DNA of 64,000 nt from Myxococcota bacterium (GTDB lineage: Bacteria > Myxococcota_A > Polyangia > Nannocystales > Nannocystaceae). Shown here piece by piece: positions 38,537 to 47,151 of the stretch (position 1 is its first letter; every line of letters begins with the position of its first letter). The translations under genes were made by a program, and so were the position numbers. Below the pieces are notes generated by a model. That model searched no databases. It had not been told where the DNA came from and worked only from the letters and a program-made list of their open reading frames with translations. The stretch is taken from NCBI GenBank assembly GCA_039028615.1, contig JBCCHT010000041.1:32001-96000 (forward strand), in the 5' to 3' direction.

Positions 38537-39978
38537 GCGGCGAACCGGCCAAGACCCCGCGCAAGCGCAGCGGCAGCCTGTTCACGCGGATCTTCCTGAC
38601 CTTCCTGGCCACCGCGCTCGCCTCCGCGGTCGTGGCCGCCGTCTCCGGCTACACCTTCGCCACGCGCTTTTCTTCGGAGTGGATCGAGGAGACCACCGCG
38701 GCCATCGACGAGCACGCCACGGACTTCCAGGCCGCGGTCGGAGACGAAGCCGCGCTCGCCCGCGAGGCCCAGGCGCTGGGCGAGAGCCTCGACGCGATGG
38801 TCGGCGTCTACGATCGCCGCGGCCATCGCTTGGCCGGTCGCGGCCGCGGCCGCTTGCCACCCGGCGCGGTCAAGCGCCACCGCCTTCGCAAGGGTCGACC
38901 GGTAGTCATGCGCCGCGGCCCCCTCGACCCGCCCGGCGTCGTCTATGGACTCAAGGACCCGATCACCGGTCGGGTGGCGGCGATGGTCATGGTCATGCCC
39001 AGGCGCGGGACTCGAATCTGGGGCCCGCTGATCGCCCTGGGCCTGATGATCCCCGTGCTGGGCGCGGGCGCGTGGATCCTCAGCCGCTCGCTCACCCGCC
39101 GACTCGCCCGCATCGAGGCCAGCGCCGACCGCATCGCGCACGGCGAGCTGCGGCATCGCATCGAGCTGGATCGCGAGGTCCCCCGCGACGAGCTCGACCA
39201 GCTGGGCGGGGCGTTCAACGAGATGGCCGAGAAGGTCGAAGCGCTGCTGCAAGGCCAGCGCACGCTGCTGGCCAACGTCAGCCACGAGCTGCGCACGCCC
39301 ATCGCCCGCATGAAGGTCCTGGTCGAGATCCTCCAGGAGCGCGTGGTGACGCTGCGCGAGCGCACCGAGGAGTCCCGGCCGATCCAGCGCCTCGACAAGG
39401 GCCTGGGCGATCTGTCCACCGACATCGTGGAGATCGAGACGCTCATCTCCGACTTGCTCACCAGCGGTCGGCTCGAGCTTCGCCACGGCGCCGCCGCGGC
39501 CGTGCAGGCGCAGACCATCGCCATCGAGCCGCTGCTCGAGCGCGTGGCAAACAAGGTGGGCGCCCAGGCCTCGGTGCAGGGCGACCCGACCTTGCATGCC
39601 GACCCGCTGCTCGTGGAGCGACTGCTGTCGAACCTGCTGGCCAACGCGCGACGGGCCTGCCCCGAGGGCACCATCACCGTCTCCGCGCGGCCCGGCGCCG
39701 CCCAGCCCCAGACCGCAGGCGTCCCCGCGACCGAGCTCGTCGTCGAAGACCAGGGTCCGGGCGTGGCCGTGGCCGACCGCGAGTCGATCTTCGAGCCCTT
39801 CACCCGACTCGATCAGGCCCGCGATCGCGACCGTGGCGGGGTCGGGCTGGGGCTGTATCTGTGCCGGCAGATCTGCCTGTCGCACGGCGGCTCGATCGAA
39901 GTCACCGACCGCGAAGATGGAGCGCGCGGAGCCCGTTTCGTCGTACGGCTGCCCTCGCGGCCCCCCGTAGCCTCCTGA
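38533..39978 (+). CDS. HAMP-domain sensor histidine kinase
   Basis: Two TM helices, HAMP (DELDQLGGAFNEMAE), VSHELRTP, NLLANA, DQGPGV, GGVGLGL; ATGA overlap. Confidence 0.95.
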   Translation: MSGEPAKTPRKRSGSLFTRIFLTFLATALASAVVAAVSGYTFATRFSSEWIEETTAAIDEHATDFQAAVGDEAALAREAQALGESLDAMVGVYDRRGHRLAGRGRGRLPPGAVKRHRLRKGRPVVMRRGPLDPPGVVYGLKDPITGRVAAMVMVMPRRGTRIWGPLIALGLMIPVLGAGAWILSRSLTRRLARIEASADRIAHGELRHRIELDREVPRDELDQLGGAFNEMAEKVEALLQGQRTLLANVSHELRTPIARMKVLVEILQERVVTLRERTEESRPIQRLDKGLGDLSTDIVEIETLISDLLTSGRLELRHGAAAAVQAQTIAIEPLLERVANKVGAQASVQGDPTLHADPLLVERLLSNLLANARRACPEGTITVSARPGAAQPQTAGVPATELVVEDQGPGVAVADRESIFEPFTRLDQARDRDRGGVGLGLYLCRQICLSHGGSIEVTDREDGARGARFVVRLPSRPPVAS

Positions 39979-40043
39979 GCGCCACTCGGGGTCCGCGCCG
40001 ACTGTGGCGCCCACGCACCCACGGGGCGGCTATCCTCCGCGCC

Positions 40044-40718
40044 ATGGAGGCCTTCCAACGGGACTTCGTCGATCTGCTCGTCGAGTACGACGTGGTGCGC
40101 TTCGGCGAATTCACCCTCAAGTCCGGGCGTCGCTCGCCATACTTCGTCAACGCGGGGCAGCTTCGCACGGGCGACGCGATCGCTCGCCTGGGTCGCGCCT
40201 ACGCGGCGCAGCTGCTGCACCAGCGCGTCGCCTGTGACCTCGTGTTCGGGCCCTCATACAAGGGGGTCCCGCTGGCGGTGGCCCCCGCCGGGGCCATGGC
40301 CGCGCGCGGGCACGACGTGGGCTACTGCTTCGACCGCAAAGAGGCCAAGGACCACGGCGAGGGCGGCACCTTCGTCGGCATGGCGCCGACCGATGGCATG
40401 CGCGTGGTCATCGTCGACGACGTGATCACCTCGGGTCGCTCCATCCGCGAGGCGGCCGAGCTGCTGCGCGGCGCGGCCAACGTCGAGCTGACCGCGGTGG
40501 TCATCGCCGTCGACCGCCAAGAGCGAGGCAAGACCGACCGCAGCACCCTGGCCGAGCTCCGCGACGAGCTGGGCGCGCCGATCCTGCCGCTGCTCACCGT
40601 TCGTCAGCTCGTCGACGACCTGCACTCCCGCACCGTCGGCGGCCGGCAGATCATCAACGACGACAGCAAGGCCGCCATCGAGGCCTACCTGGCCGAGCAC
40701 GGCGCCCACGGGGCCTGA
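40044..40718 (+). CDS. pyrE: Orotate phosphoribosyltransferase
   Basis: FGEFTLKSGRRSPYFVNAG, FGPSYKGVP, RKEAKDHGEGG, IVDDVITSG. Confidence 0.96.
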   Translation: MEAFQRDFVDLLVEYDVVRFGEFTLKSGRRSPYFVNAGQLRTGDAIARLGRAYAAQLLHQRVACDLVFGPSYKGVPLAVAPAGAMAARGHDVGYCFDRKEAKDHGEGGTFVGMAPTDGMRVVIVDDVITSGRSIREAAELLRGAANVELTAVVIAVDRQERGKTDRSTLAELRDELGAPILPLLTVRQLVDDLHSRTVGGRQIINDDSKAAIEAYLAEHGAHGA

Positions 40719-40774
40719 GGCCACCGGTCACCCGCTCGCCACGAGCCCGAGGATTTTCGCTATCGTCGAGGCTC

Positions 40775-41455
40775 GTGGCGACACGCATGCAGTGGGGACG
40801 CTCGGCCCTGGCCTTCGCGATGATGGCCGGCAGCGTCTCCGCCTGCGATGAACCCGACGATCCCTGGGCCCCCGAGCGCCTCGCCGAGATCGCCCGCGCC
40901 CGCGGCGACGCACAGGGGCACGAGCGCACCGGCGTCTACCAAGGGGAGTACTTCGCCATCGACTGCCCCTGCGAGGAGCTGGATCCCGCGCTCGACCTGT
41001 CGCTGTGCACCGCGCTCGACCAGCTCGGCACGCTGGGGCTCCCGGGTACCGTGCAGATCGAGCTGATCGAGGCCGACGGTCAGGTACGGCTGGCCACCCC
41101 CGATCTCGTGCTCGAAGGCGTGGTCAACGAGGGGTTGGTGCCGATCTACTGGGGTCCGATCGACACCGAGGGGCAGCTCCAGGGCGCGGGCATGCTCGAG
41201 GTCAACAGCCTGCTGGCGCGGGGCCGCGTGCAGGGCCTGGCCGAAGGGCAGGTCTTCGAAGACCAGCTCCAGCTCGAGATCCGGCAGCGCTACGCGCTCC
41301 AGACCGAGGTCAGCCTCGGCGCCGACGAGCCGCTGACGGTCGAGCGCTTCGAGTGCGAGGAGCACATCAGCTTCGACCTCCAGTGGGATCGCCTCCCGAC
41401 CCCCACCGACGACGACGGCGAGCCGGACGGCGGCGGAACGGGCGACGGCGACTGA
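40775..41455 (+). CDS. Hypothetical lipoprotein
   Basis: AMMAGSVSAC lipobox-like; acidic tail. Confidence 0.7.
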   Translation: MATRMQWGRSALAFAMMAGSVSACDEPDDPWAPERLAEIARARGDAQGHERTGVYQGEYFAIDCPCEELDPALDLSLCTALDQLGTLGLPGTVQIELIEADGQVRLATPDLVLEGVVNEGLVPIYWGPIDTEGQLQGAGMLEVNSLLARGRVQGLAEGQVFEDQLQLEIRQRYALQTEVSLGADEPLTVERFECEEHISFDLQWDRLPTPTDDDGEPDGGGTGDGD

Positions 41456-41495
41456 GCGCCGCCGTCGAGTCCATTCGGAAGACCCGGGCCGACCG

Positions 41496-43436
41496 TCAGT
41501 GGGCCAGCGTCACGACCCGCGCCACGCCGATGGCGTTGTCGGTCTTGGGCACCTCGACCGTCGTCCGGAACACCACGTGGGAGCCATCGGGGGTGAGGCG
41601 GGGCGAGTCGTCGGGATGCGGGTTGCGGGTGAGCACCTGCACCGAGCCTCCGTCGGTGGGCACCACGATGACCTCGGAGTCGCCCGGCTCGTTGGAGTCG
41701 TACATGCCGCCGTTGGCCACCGCGGCCAGCCACTTGCCGTCGTTCGACACGTGCAGCGACGAGACGCGACCTTCATGGGTCAGGGCCGTGGCCTGGATCT
41801 CGTTGGAGTCGAGGTCGATGACCGCGGGCAGGCCACGCTCCTCCCGGCTGGGCGGAGGCGGGGGTTCGTAGGCCGGTGCCAACAACGTGGGATCGACCGG
41901 CTCTTCCTCGACCTCGGCCGAGGCCTCGGCCACCGGGGGTGACGCGAACAGCTCGGGCAGGCTGGCGGGAAGCTCGAGGCGATAGGCCTTGCTGGGTCGC
42001 GAGCCCGTGGTCACCACGATGACCGGCGAGTCGCCGCGCCGTCCCACCGCGAGGTCGTTGAGCTTGCTGGCGTTCTCGAACACGGTCGAGGGCAACGCGA
42101 GCACCTTCAGCGGGGTCTGCGTGTCGAACAGGAACACGCGCGCGCCCTCGTAGCCGCGACCCAGCGCCACCAAGTAGCGGTCGCTGGCCCAGGCCACGCG
42201 CTCGAGCTCGATGCCGTCGAGCATGCCGAGCATCAGCTCGTTGTCCTGGCCCGGCGTGACCACGCTGACCACCGCCTGACCGCTCGCCATGCCGACCAAG
42301 GCCACCTGGCCATGGCCGGCGGGTTCGGGCCGACCGAGCCCGGGCGCCACCGACTTGAGGGCCCCTTGGGCCTTCCAGGGGCAGCTGCCCTGTGCGGCGG
42401 TGTCGAGGGTGAACACCTCGAGTCCGCGGGCATAGGTCTTGACGATGAGCGAGGCCCCGTCGTCGCCGAAGTAGTACTTCGGCGCGTCGCTGAGCGGCAG
42501 CTCGCCGCCGAACAGCGCCTTGCAGGCCTCACGCTCGGCGGCCTCGGCCCCCGGCTTGCCGACCCACATGCGGTCCTGCTCGTCCTCGTCGATCCACGCG
42601 CGCAGAGCATCGCGAGTCCTGACGTGATGCTGGCGACCGATGGACAGCACGGCGCCGTTGGCCAGCGGGAACGCGACGCCCTGCTCGAGCGGGGCTCCCA
42701 CGGTGGTGGGCTTGGGCTCCCCCCGCTCCTTGTCACCGAGCTCCCGCCGCACGCCCATGAGGACCTTGTCGGCGAGTGCCTCGGCCTGCGGCACCTTGGC
42801 GAGGTGATCGAGCGCGTCGCGGAGACCATCGCGGAGCTGGATGGCGGCGATGGACGCCCCTTCGGCGTCGGGCAGCGCCTCGGCGAGCTTCGGCTGAGCG
42901 AACAGGGCCTGCAGCACGACCGCCAGCGATCCCTCGAGCACGCCCTTGCCCTCGGGGTTGACCGTCATGACGTGCGGGAAGGCGAAGTCACCCACCGACA
43001 GCACGGCGAAGCGCACGTGGTCGGGCATGGGCTGGACCTCTTCGATGTCGAGCGGGGAGAAGTCGACGCCCTGCGGCTTCTCGAAGATCACGTAGCCGTA
43101 GCCGAAGCGATCGGCCAACGCCATGATCGACTCGATACCGTCGGTCTCGAGGTCGGGCACCTCGTCGCGGGCCTTGAGCTGCCAGGCCTCGAAGGTGCTC
43201 AGCTCGAGCTCGAAGCCCACGTCGCGCAGCGCCAGGCCCAGGTTCTTGTTGGTGCCCACATAGAGCACCTTGGTCGCGCTCTCGGGGTTGCCCGTCCCTT
43301 GCTTACGAAGGAAGAAGAACCAGCCCGCGGCCCCCAGGGCCAAGCCGAGCAACAACAACAGGGTGATGACCTTGCCGCGGCTGCTTCGTTGCAGCGCCTC
43401 GAGATCCGACCGTGAGCCCAGCTCTACGTCCGCCAT
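41496..43436 (-). CDS. Membrane-anchored protein with C-terminal TolB/PD40-like propeller repeats
   Basis: N-terminal TM helix (VITLLLLLGLALGAAGWFFFL); VSNDGKWLA and PRLTPDGSHVVF repeats. Confidence 0.7.
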   Translation of the reverse strand: MADVELGSRSDLEALQRSSRGKVITLLLLLGLALGAAGWFFFLRKQGTGNPESATKVLYVGTNKNLGLALRDVGFELELSTFEAWQLKARDEVPDLETDGIESIMALADRFGYGYVIFEKPQGVDFSPLDIEEVQPMPDHVRFAVLSVGDFAFPHVMTVNPEGKGVLEGSLAVVLQALFAQPKLAEALPDAEGASIAAIQLRDGLRDALDHLAKVPQAEALADKVLMGVRRELGDKERGEPKPTTVGAPLEQGVAFPLANGAVLSIGRQHHVRTRDALRAWIDEDEQDRMWVGKPGAEAAEREACKALFGGELPLSDAPKYYFGDDGASLIVKTYARGLEVFTLDTAAQGSCPWKAQGALKSVAPGLGRPEPAGHGQVALVGMASGQAVVSVVTPGQDNELMLGMLDGIELERVAWASDRYLVALGRGYEGARVFLFDTQTPLKVLALPSTVFENASKLNDLAVGRRGDSPVIVVTTGSRPSKAYRLELPASLPELFASPPVAEASAEVEEEPVDPTLLAPAYEPPPPPSREERGLPAVIDLDSNEIQATALTHEGRVSSLHVSNDGKWLAAVANGGMYDSNEPGDSEVIVVPTDGGSVQVLTRNPHPDDSPRLTPDGSHVVFRTTVEVPKTDNAIGVARVVTLAH

Positions 43437-43653
43437 ACGGCCCACACCATCGCACAGATCGCAACGTCCGCCAGCCACTGGACAGTGGCTGATCTGGGCC
43501 GATGACCGCAATGACCCCACCACGAGCCATCGGCGGCCCTTGGGCGCTGGCGCTTACCGCGAATCGGCCATGGGGGCGGCCACGATGCCGGCAACGGGCA
43601 CGGTCTCACCGCGCGACGTCACCGAGTCGCGACCCCGCACCGGTCGCAACGGT

Positions 43654-44556
43654 TCAGCCCGAAACGGCGGCTCGGATCCCGTTGGCGATGATCCCCAGCC
43701 CCTGCCCGACCGGCGGCAAGGCACCGCGATCTCGTTGGGCGATCCATCGCGGATGGCTCTCGGGATAGAGGTACGCCTCGGGGTGCGGCATCAAGCCGAA
43801 CACGCGCCCGGTGGCGTCGCACAGCCCGGCGAGGCCTCCCCCCGAGCCGTTGGGGTTGTCGGGCCAGGCTTCGGTGGGCTCGCCGTCGGCGTCGACGTAG
43901 CGCACGGGAGCGAGGTGCTCGGCGAGCACCCGAGACCGCGTCGGCTCGTCCGCGAAGATCAGCTTGCCCTCACCGTGGCGGCTGGGCACCTCGAGCGGGA
44001 CCCCGGTGCTGCCGCGCGTGAACACGCAGGGGCTCTGCGGGTCGACGGCCAGGCGGACCCAGGCGTTGCGATAGCCGAGCCGGTCGTTGTGCACGAGCGA
44101 AGCCTGCTGCGGGGCGAGGCCCTGCCCCGGCTCGCGATCGAAGGCGGGAAGCAAGCCGAGCTTTACGATCGTCTGGAAGCCGTTGCAGATCCCGAGCACC
44201 AAGCCGCCGTCGTCGACGAAGCGAGCGAGGCGATCCCCGAGGCGGAAGCGAAGTCGGTTGGCGAACACTCGCCCCGACGCGATGTGATCGCCAAAGGAGA
44301 AGCCGCCCACGAACACCAGCAAGCCGGCCCCGTCGAGCGCAGCCCCGTTGCCCTCGAGCACATCGCCCACGTGCACGATGTCGGCCCGGGCTCCCGTCAT
44401 GCGGATGCCGGCCGCGGTCTCGGCCTCGCAGTTGAGCCCGTACCCGGACAGGACGACGGCCCGAACATCCGCGGCGCCTTCGACCGCGGTCGGGTCGAAG
44501 TTCCACGGTCCTCGGTCCCAGGCGTGTGACTCGGCCAGCAGGGCGTGCTCGCTCAT
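43654..44556 (-). CDS. purQ: Phosphoribosylformylglycinamidine synthase, glutaminase subunit
   Basis: GLNCEAET, GGFSFGD, GICNGFQ (catalytic Cys), HGEG, NPNGS, GLMPHPE. Confidence 0.93.
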   Translation of the reverse strand: MSEHALLAESHAWDRGPWNFDPTAVEGAADVRAVVLSGYGLNCEAETAAGIRMTGARADIVHVGDVLEGNGAALDGAGLLVFVGGFSFGDHIASGRVFANRLRFRLGDRLARFVDDGGLVLGICNGFQTIVKLGLLPAFDREPGQGLAPQQASLVHNDRLGYRNAWVRLAVDPQSPCVFTRGSTGVPLEVPSRHGEGKLIFADEPTRSRVLAEHLAPVRYVDADGEPTEAWPDNPNGSGGGLAGLCDATGRVFGLMPHPEAYLYPESHPRWIAQRDRGALPPVGQGLGIIANGIRAAVSG

Positions 44557-44583
44557 CGCGGGCGAAGCTACACCATCTGCTCG

Positions 44584-45381
44584 CTACTCGCCGGTGGTCC
44601 CGGTCGCGCCGCCGCCGGTCTCTTCGCCGCCGGTTTCCTCGCCACCGGAGCCGCCGTCGTCGTCGGTCATGATGTCCGCGCACTTGACCGGGAACATCTC
44701 GGGACGCTCCGACGAGTCGGCGAGGCGAATCGCCGCGAAGGTGGAGCCCTCCAGCGAGGCCTGAATCGGGGAGAGCACGTCTCCCGTCACGGCGCCGCAC
44801 CACGCGTTTTCGCCGCGGATCGTGCCTTGGAGCGTGAGATTCGCGGTGATGTCGGACCCGGTAATCGGGTTGGCCATGCCGGTGACATTCGTCTCGCCGA
44901 AGTCGACCATGAACGATCCCCCGGTGGCCGTGGTGTCGACGACGATGGGATCACCGACGGGCTCGCGCGGCGCGGTCGTGCTGCCGACCTCGAGGGACAG
45001 CGGCTGGAACGAGATGTTGACCGGACCGTCGCCGGTCGACTCGTCGAGCGTCGCTTCGACGTCGGCGACGAACTGCAGGGGCAAGCCGGGCGCGATCGAC
45101 GTTTCGAGCGCGAGCAAGTAGACCCCGGTGATGTCCGGGAAGACCTGGCCACCCTCGCCAAAGTCCATCGGCGGCAGGTCGAGCCGGGGCTCGGGGCGGT
45201 CGCGGTCGTCTTCCGTCTGCTCGTTGAACGAGTTGTACTTGCCCTCGGCATCCGGGCTCGGACAGCCGGTGGCCAGGCCCAAACAGCACAGGCCGCCCAA
45301 CACGGCACCCCATCGGCCCCGAGCGGGGAACGAAGCGTGGCGAGAACCGGTGGAGCGCTGGTGGAACTGGGTGTTCGTCAT
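44584..45381 (-). CDS. Hypothetical lipoprotein
   Basis: LGLATGC lipobox, beta-rich acidic domain, G/E/T tail; divergent from the FadL-like gene. Confidence 0.75.
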   Translation of the reverse strand: MTNTQFHQRSTGSRHASFPARGRWGAVLGGLCCLGLATGCPSPDAEGKYNSFNEQTEDDRDRPEPRLDLPPMDFGEGGQVFPDITGVYLLALETSIAPGLPLQFVADVEATLDESTGDGPVNISFQPLSLEVGSTTAPREPVGDPIVVDTTATGGSFMVDFGETNVTGMANPITGSDITANLTLQGTIRGENAWCGAVTGDVLSPIQASLEGSTFAAIRLADSSERPEMFPVKCADIMTDDDGGSGGEETGGEETGGGATGTTGE

Positions 45382-45573
45382 GCGAAGTGAGATCCCCGGG
45401 TCGGACCCGTCGTGCGTGCAGTTGGCGGGACGTCGGTTTTTTGCGAAGCTGACGTCCCGTCGCCGGTCGGCACAGTGTAGAGCCCCCGACCCGGAGACGA
45501 CAAGCACCTGCCGGAGCATCGCCCGGCAACGCAACCGCAAAGACCGAGGCCAGAGCCAGTGAGGACGTCGCGG

Positions 45574-47055
45574 ATGAGTCGAAAGACGAACATGGGGATC
45601 GAGTGGGGGCTAGGCCTTTGTGCCGCCCTCTTGGTGGGATCGTGGGCCACGGACGCATCGGCGTCCGGCTTCTCTGCTGCCCGTTTCGGCGGCGAGCATG
45701 GTCACCCCACCACCGACAACGCCACGGCGATCTATTACAACCCAGCGGGTATAGCGCTATCGAAGGGCACGCACGTGTTCGTCGACGCGACGACCGTGCT
45801 GCGTTGGGCGAGCTACGAACGGCCCGCCTCCGCCATCAACGATCCGATGGGAGCCGAGGCCGCTCCCGGTGCCAACGACGGCAAAGCGACCCTGTTCAAC
45901 GGGATCGCAGCGCCCTTCGCCGGCGTCACCTCGGACTTCGGCACCGACTTCATCTACGGCGGTCTGGCCGTGTACTTCCCCTTCGGCGGCTCCGCCGTGT
46001 GGGATCAAAACCCGGCCTACTCGGGCAGCGAGACCTACCCCGGGGCGGTCGACGGCACGCAGCGCTGGTACTCCATCGACGGCACCATCCGCTCGATGTA
46101 CGTGACCGGTGCGCTCGGCTTCAACATCCGCAAGATCGGCCTGAGCCTCGGCGTCAGCGGTAGTGCGATCCGAAGCGAGGTCGTCACCATCCGTGCCCGC
46201 AACACCGACGGCACCGACGACCTCGTCGACCCCAACGGCAACCTCAAAGAGGGCCGCAGCTACATCGACGTCAACGGTTGGCAGGGTGGCTTCGCGGTGG
46301 GTGCCGTCTACAACGTGCTCGCCCGCGACAAGCCCGAGGACAAGCACAAGGTCTGGATCGGAGCGTCGTACACCAGCCAGCCCAACGTGGTCGGCGGCAT
46401 GACGCTCACCGGCGATCTCAACAACACGCTTGCCCTCGCCGACCCGGCCGTCACGCCCGTCGAGCTCACCCAGACGCTGCCCGACATCGTTCGCCTCGGC
46501 GTCCGTTACCGACCGATCGACAAGGTCGAGCTCCGCCTCTTCGGCGACTACACGCGCTGGTCCGTCTTCGACAAGCAGTGCGTGCTCGACTCGAGCGTCG
46601 ACGGCCGAAGCTGCGAGTTCGACAACGAGGACACCGCCCTCGACGACCCCGAGAACTTCGGCGGCGCGGGTGATGGAGTCGTCGGCGTCACCCAGCACCT
46701 TCCGCGCTACTGGAAGGACGGCGGCGGCGTCCGCATCGGCGGCAGCTACTGGGTCCTGCCCCAGCTCGAGATCTACTTGGGTACCGGCTTCGACTCCACC
46801 GCCGTGCCCGTGCAGACCCTCGACGCTGCCCTGATGGACATGAACAAGGTCAGTGCCTCGGCCGGTACCCGCTGGCAGATCATCAAGCACCTGGCCGTGT
46901 CCCTCACCTCCACCTCGCTGTTCTTCTTCGAGGTCGACACCGCCGGCGACAACGCGCTCAACGAGTTCCAGTCGCCGACCCGGCAGCCCAGCGCCGAGGG
47001 CGTGTACAACCAGTTCTTCCAGCTGTTCAACGTCTACGTCGACGTCAGCTTCTAG
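45574..47055 (+). CDS. FadL/OmpP1 family outer-membrane long-chain fatty acid/hydrocarbon transporter
   Basis: Signal peptide ending ASA-SGF, DNATAIYYNPAG, PFGG, C-terminal Phe (VYVDVSF). Confidence 0.88.
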   Translation: MSRKTNMGIEWGLGLCAALLVGSWATDASASGFSAARFGGEHGHPTTDNATAIYYNPAGIALSKGTHVFVDATTVLRWASYERPASAINDPMGAEAAPGANDGKATLFNGIAAPFAGVTSDFGTDFIYGGLAVYFPFGGSAVWDQNPAYSGSETYPGAVDGTQRWYSIDGTIRSMYVTGALGFNIRKIGLSLGVSGSAIRSEVVTIRARNTDGTDDLVDPNGNLKEGRSYIDVNGWQGGFAVGAVYNVLARDKPEDKHKVWIGASYTSQPNVVGGMTLTGDLNNTLALADPAVTPVELTQTLPDIVRLGVRYRPIDKVELRLFGDYTRWSVFDKQCVLDSSVDGRSCEFDNEDTALDDPENFGGAGDGVVGVTQHLPRYWKDGGGVRIGGSYWVLPQLEIYLGTGFDSTAVPVQTLDAALMDMNKVSASAGTRWQIIKHLAVSLTSTSLFFFEVDTAGDNALNEFQSPTRQPSAEGVYNQFFQLFNVYVDVSF

Positions 47056-47087
47056 GACACCGCTCGCCACGGGCGAGCGAACGCGAC

Positions 47088-47120
47088 GATGGCCGTCACC
47101 CCGCTGGGGCGACGGCCATC
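47088..47120. terminator. Hairpin terminator between convergent genes
   Basis: GATGGCCGTCACCCC-GCT-GGGGCGACGGCCATC followed by TTCGTTTG. Confidence 0.65.
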
Positions 47121-47151
47121 TTCGTTTGTGGGGTGGAGCCTCGTCGGGCCT

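Noticed and set aside
43437..43653. Possible riboswitch or structured RNA downstream of purQ
   Set aside because: Only short GC-rich pairings expected by chance; no purine or ZTP riboswitch consensus seen here or upstream of purL.
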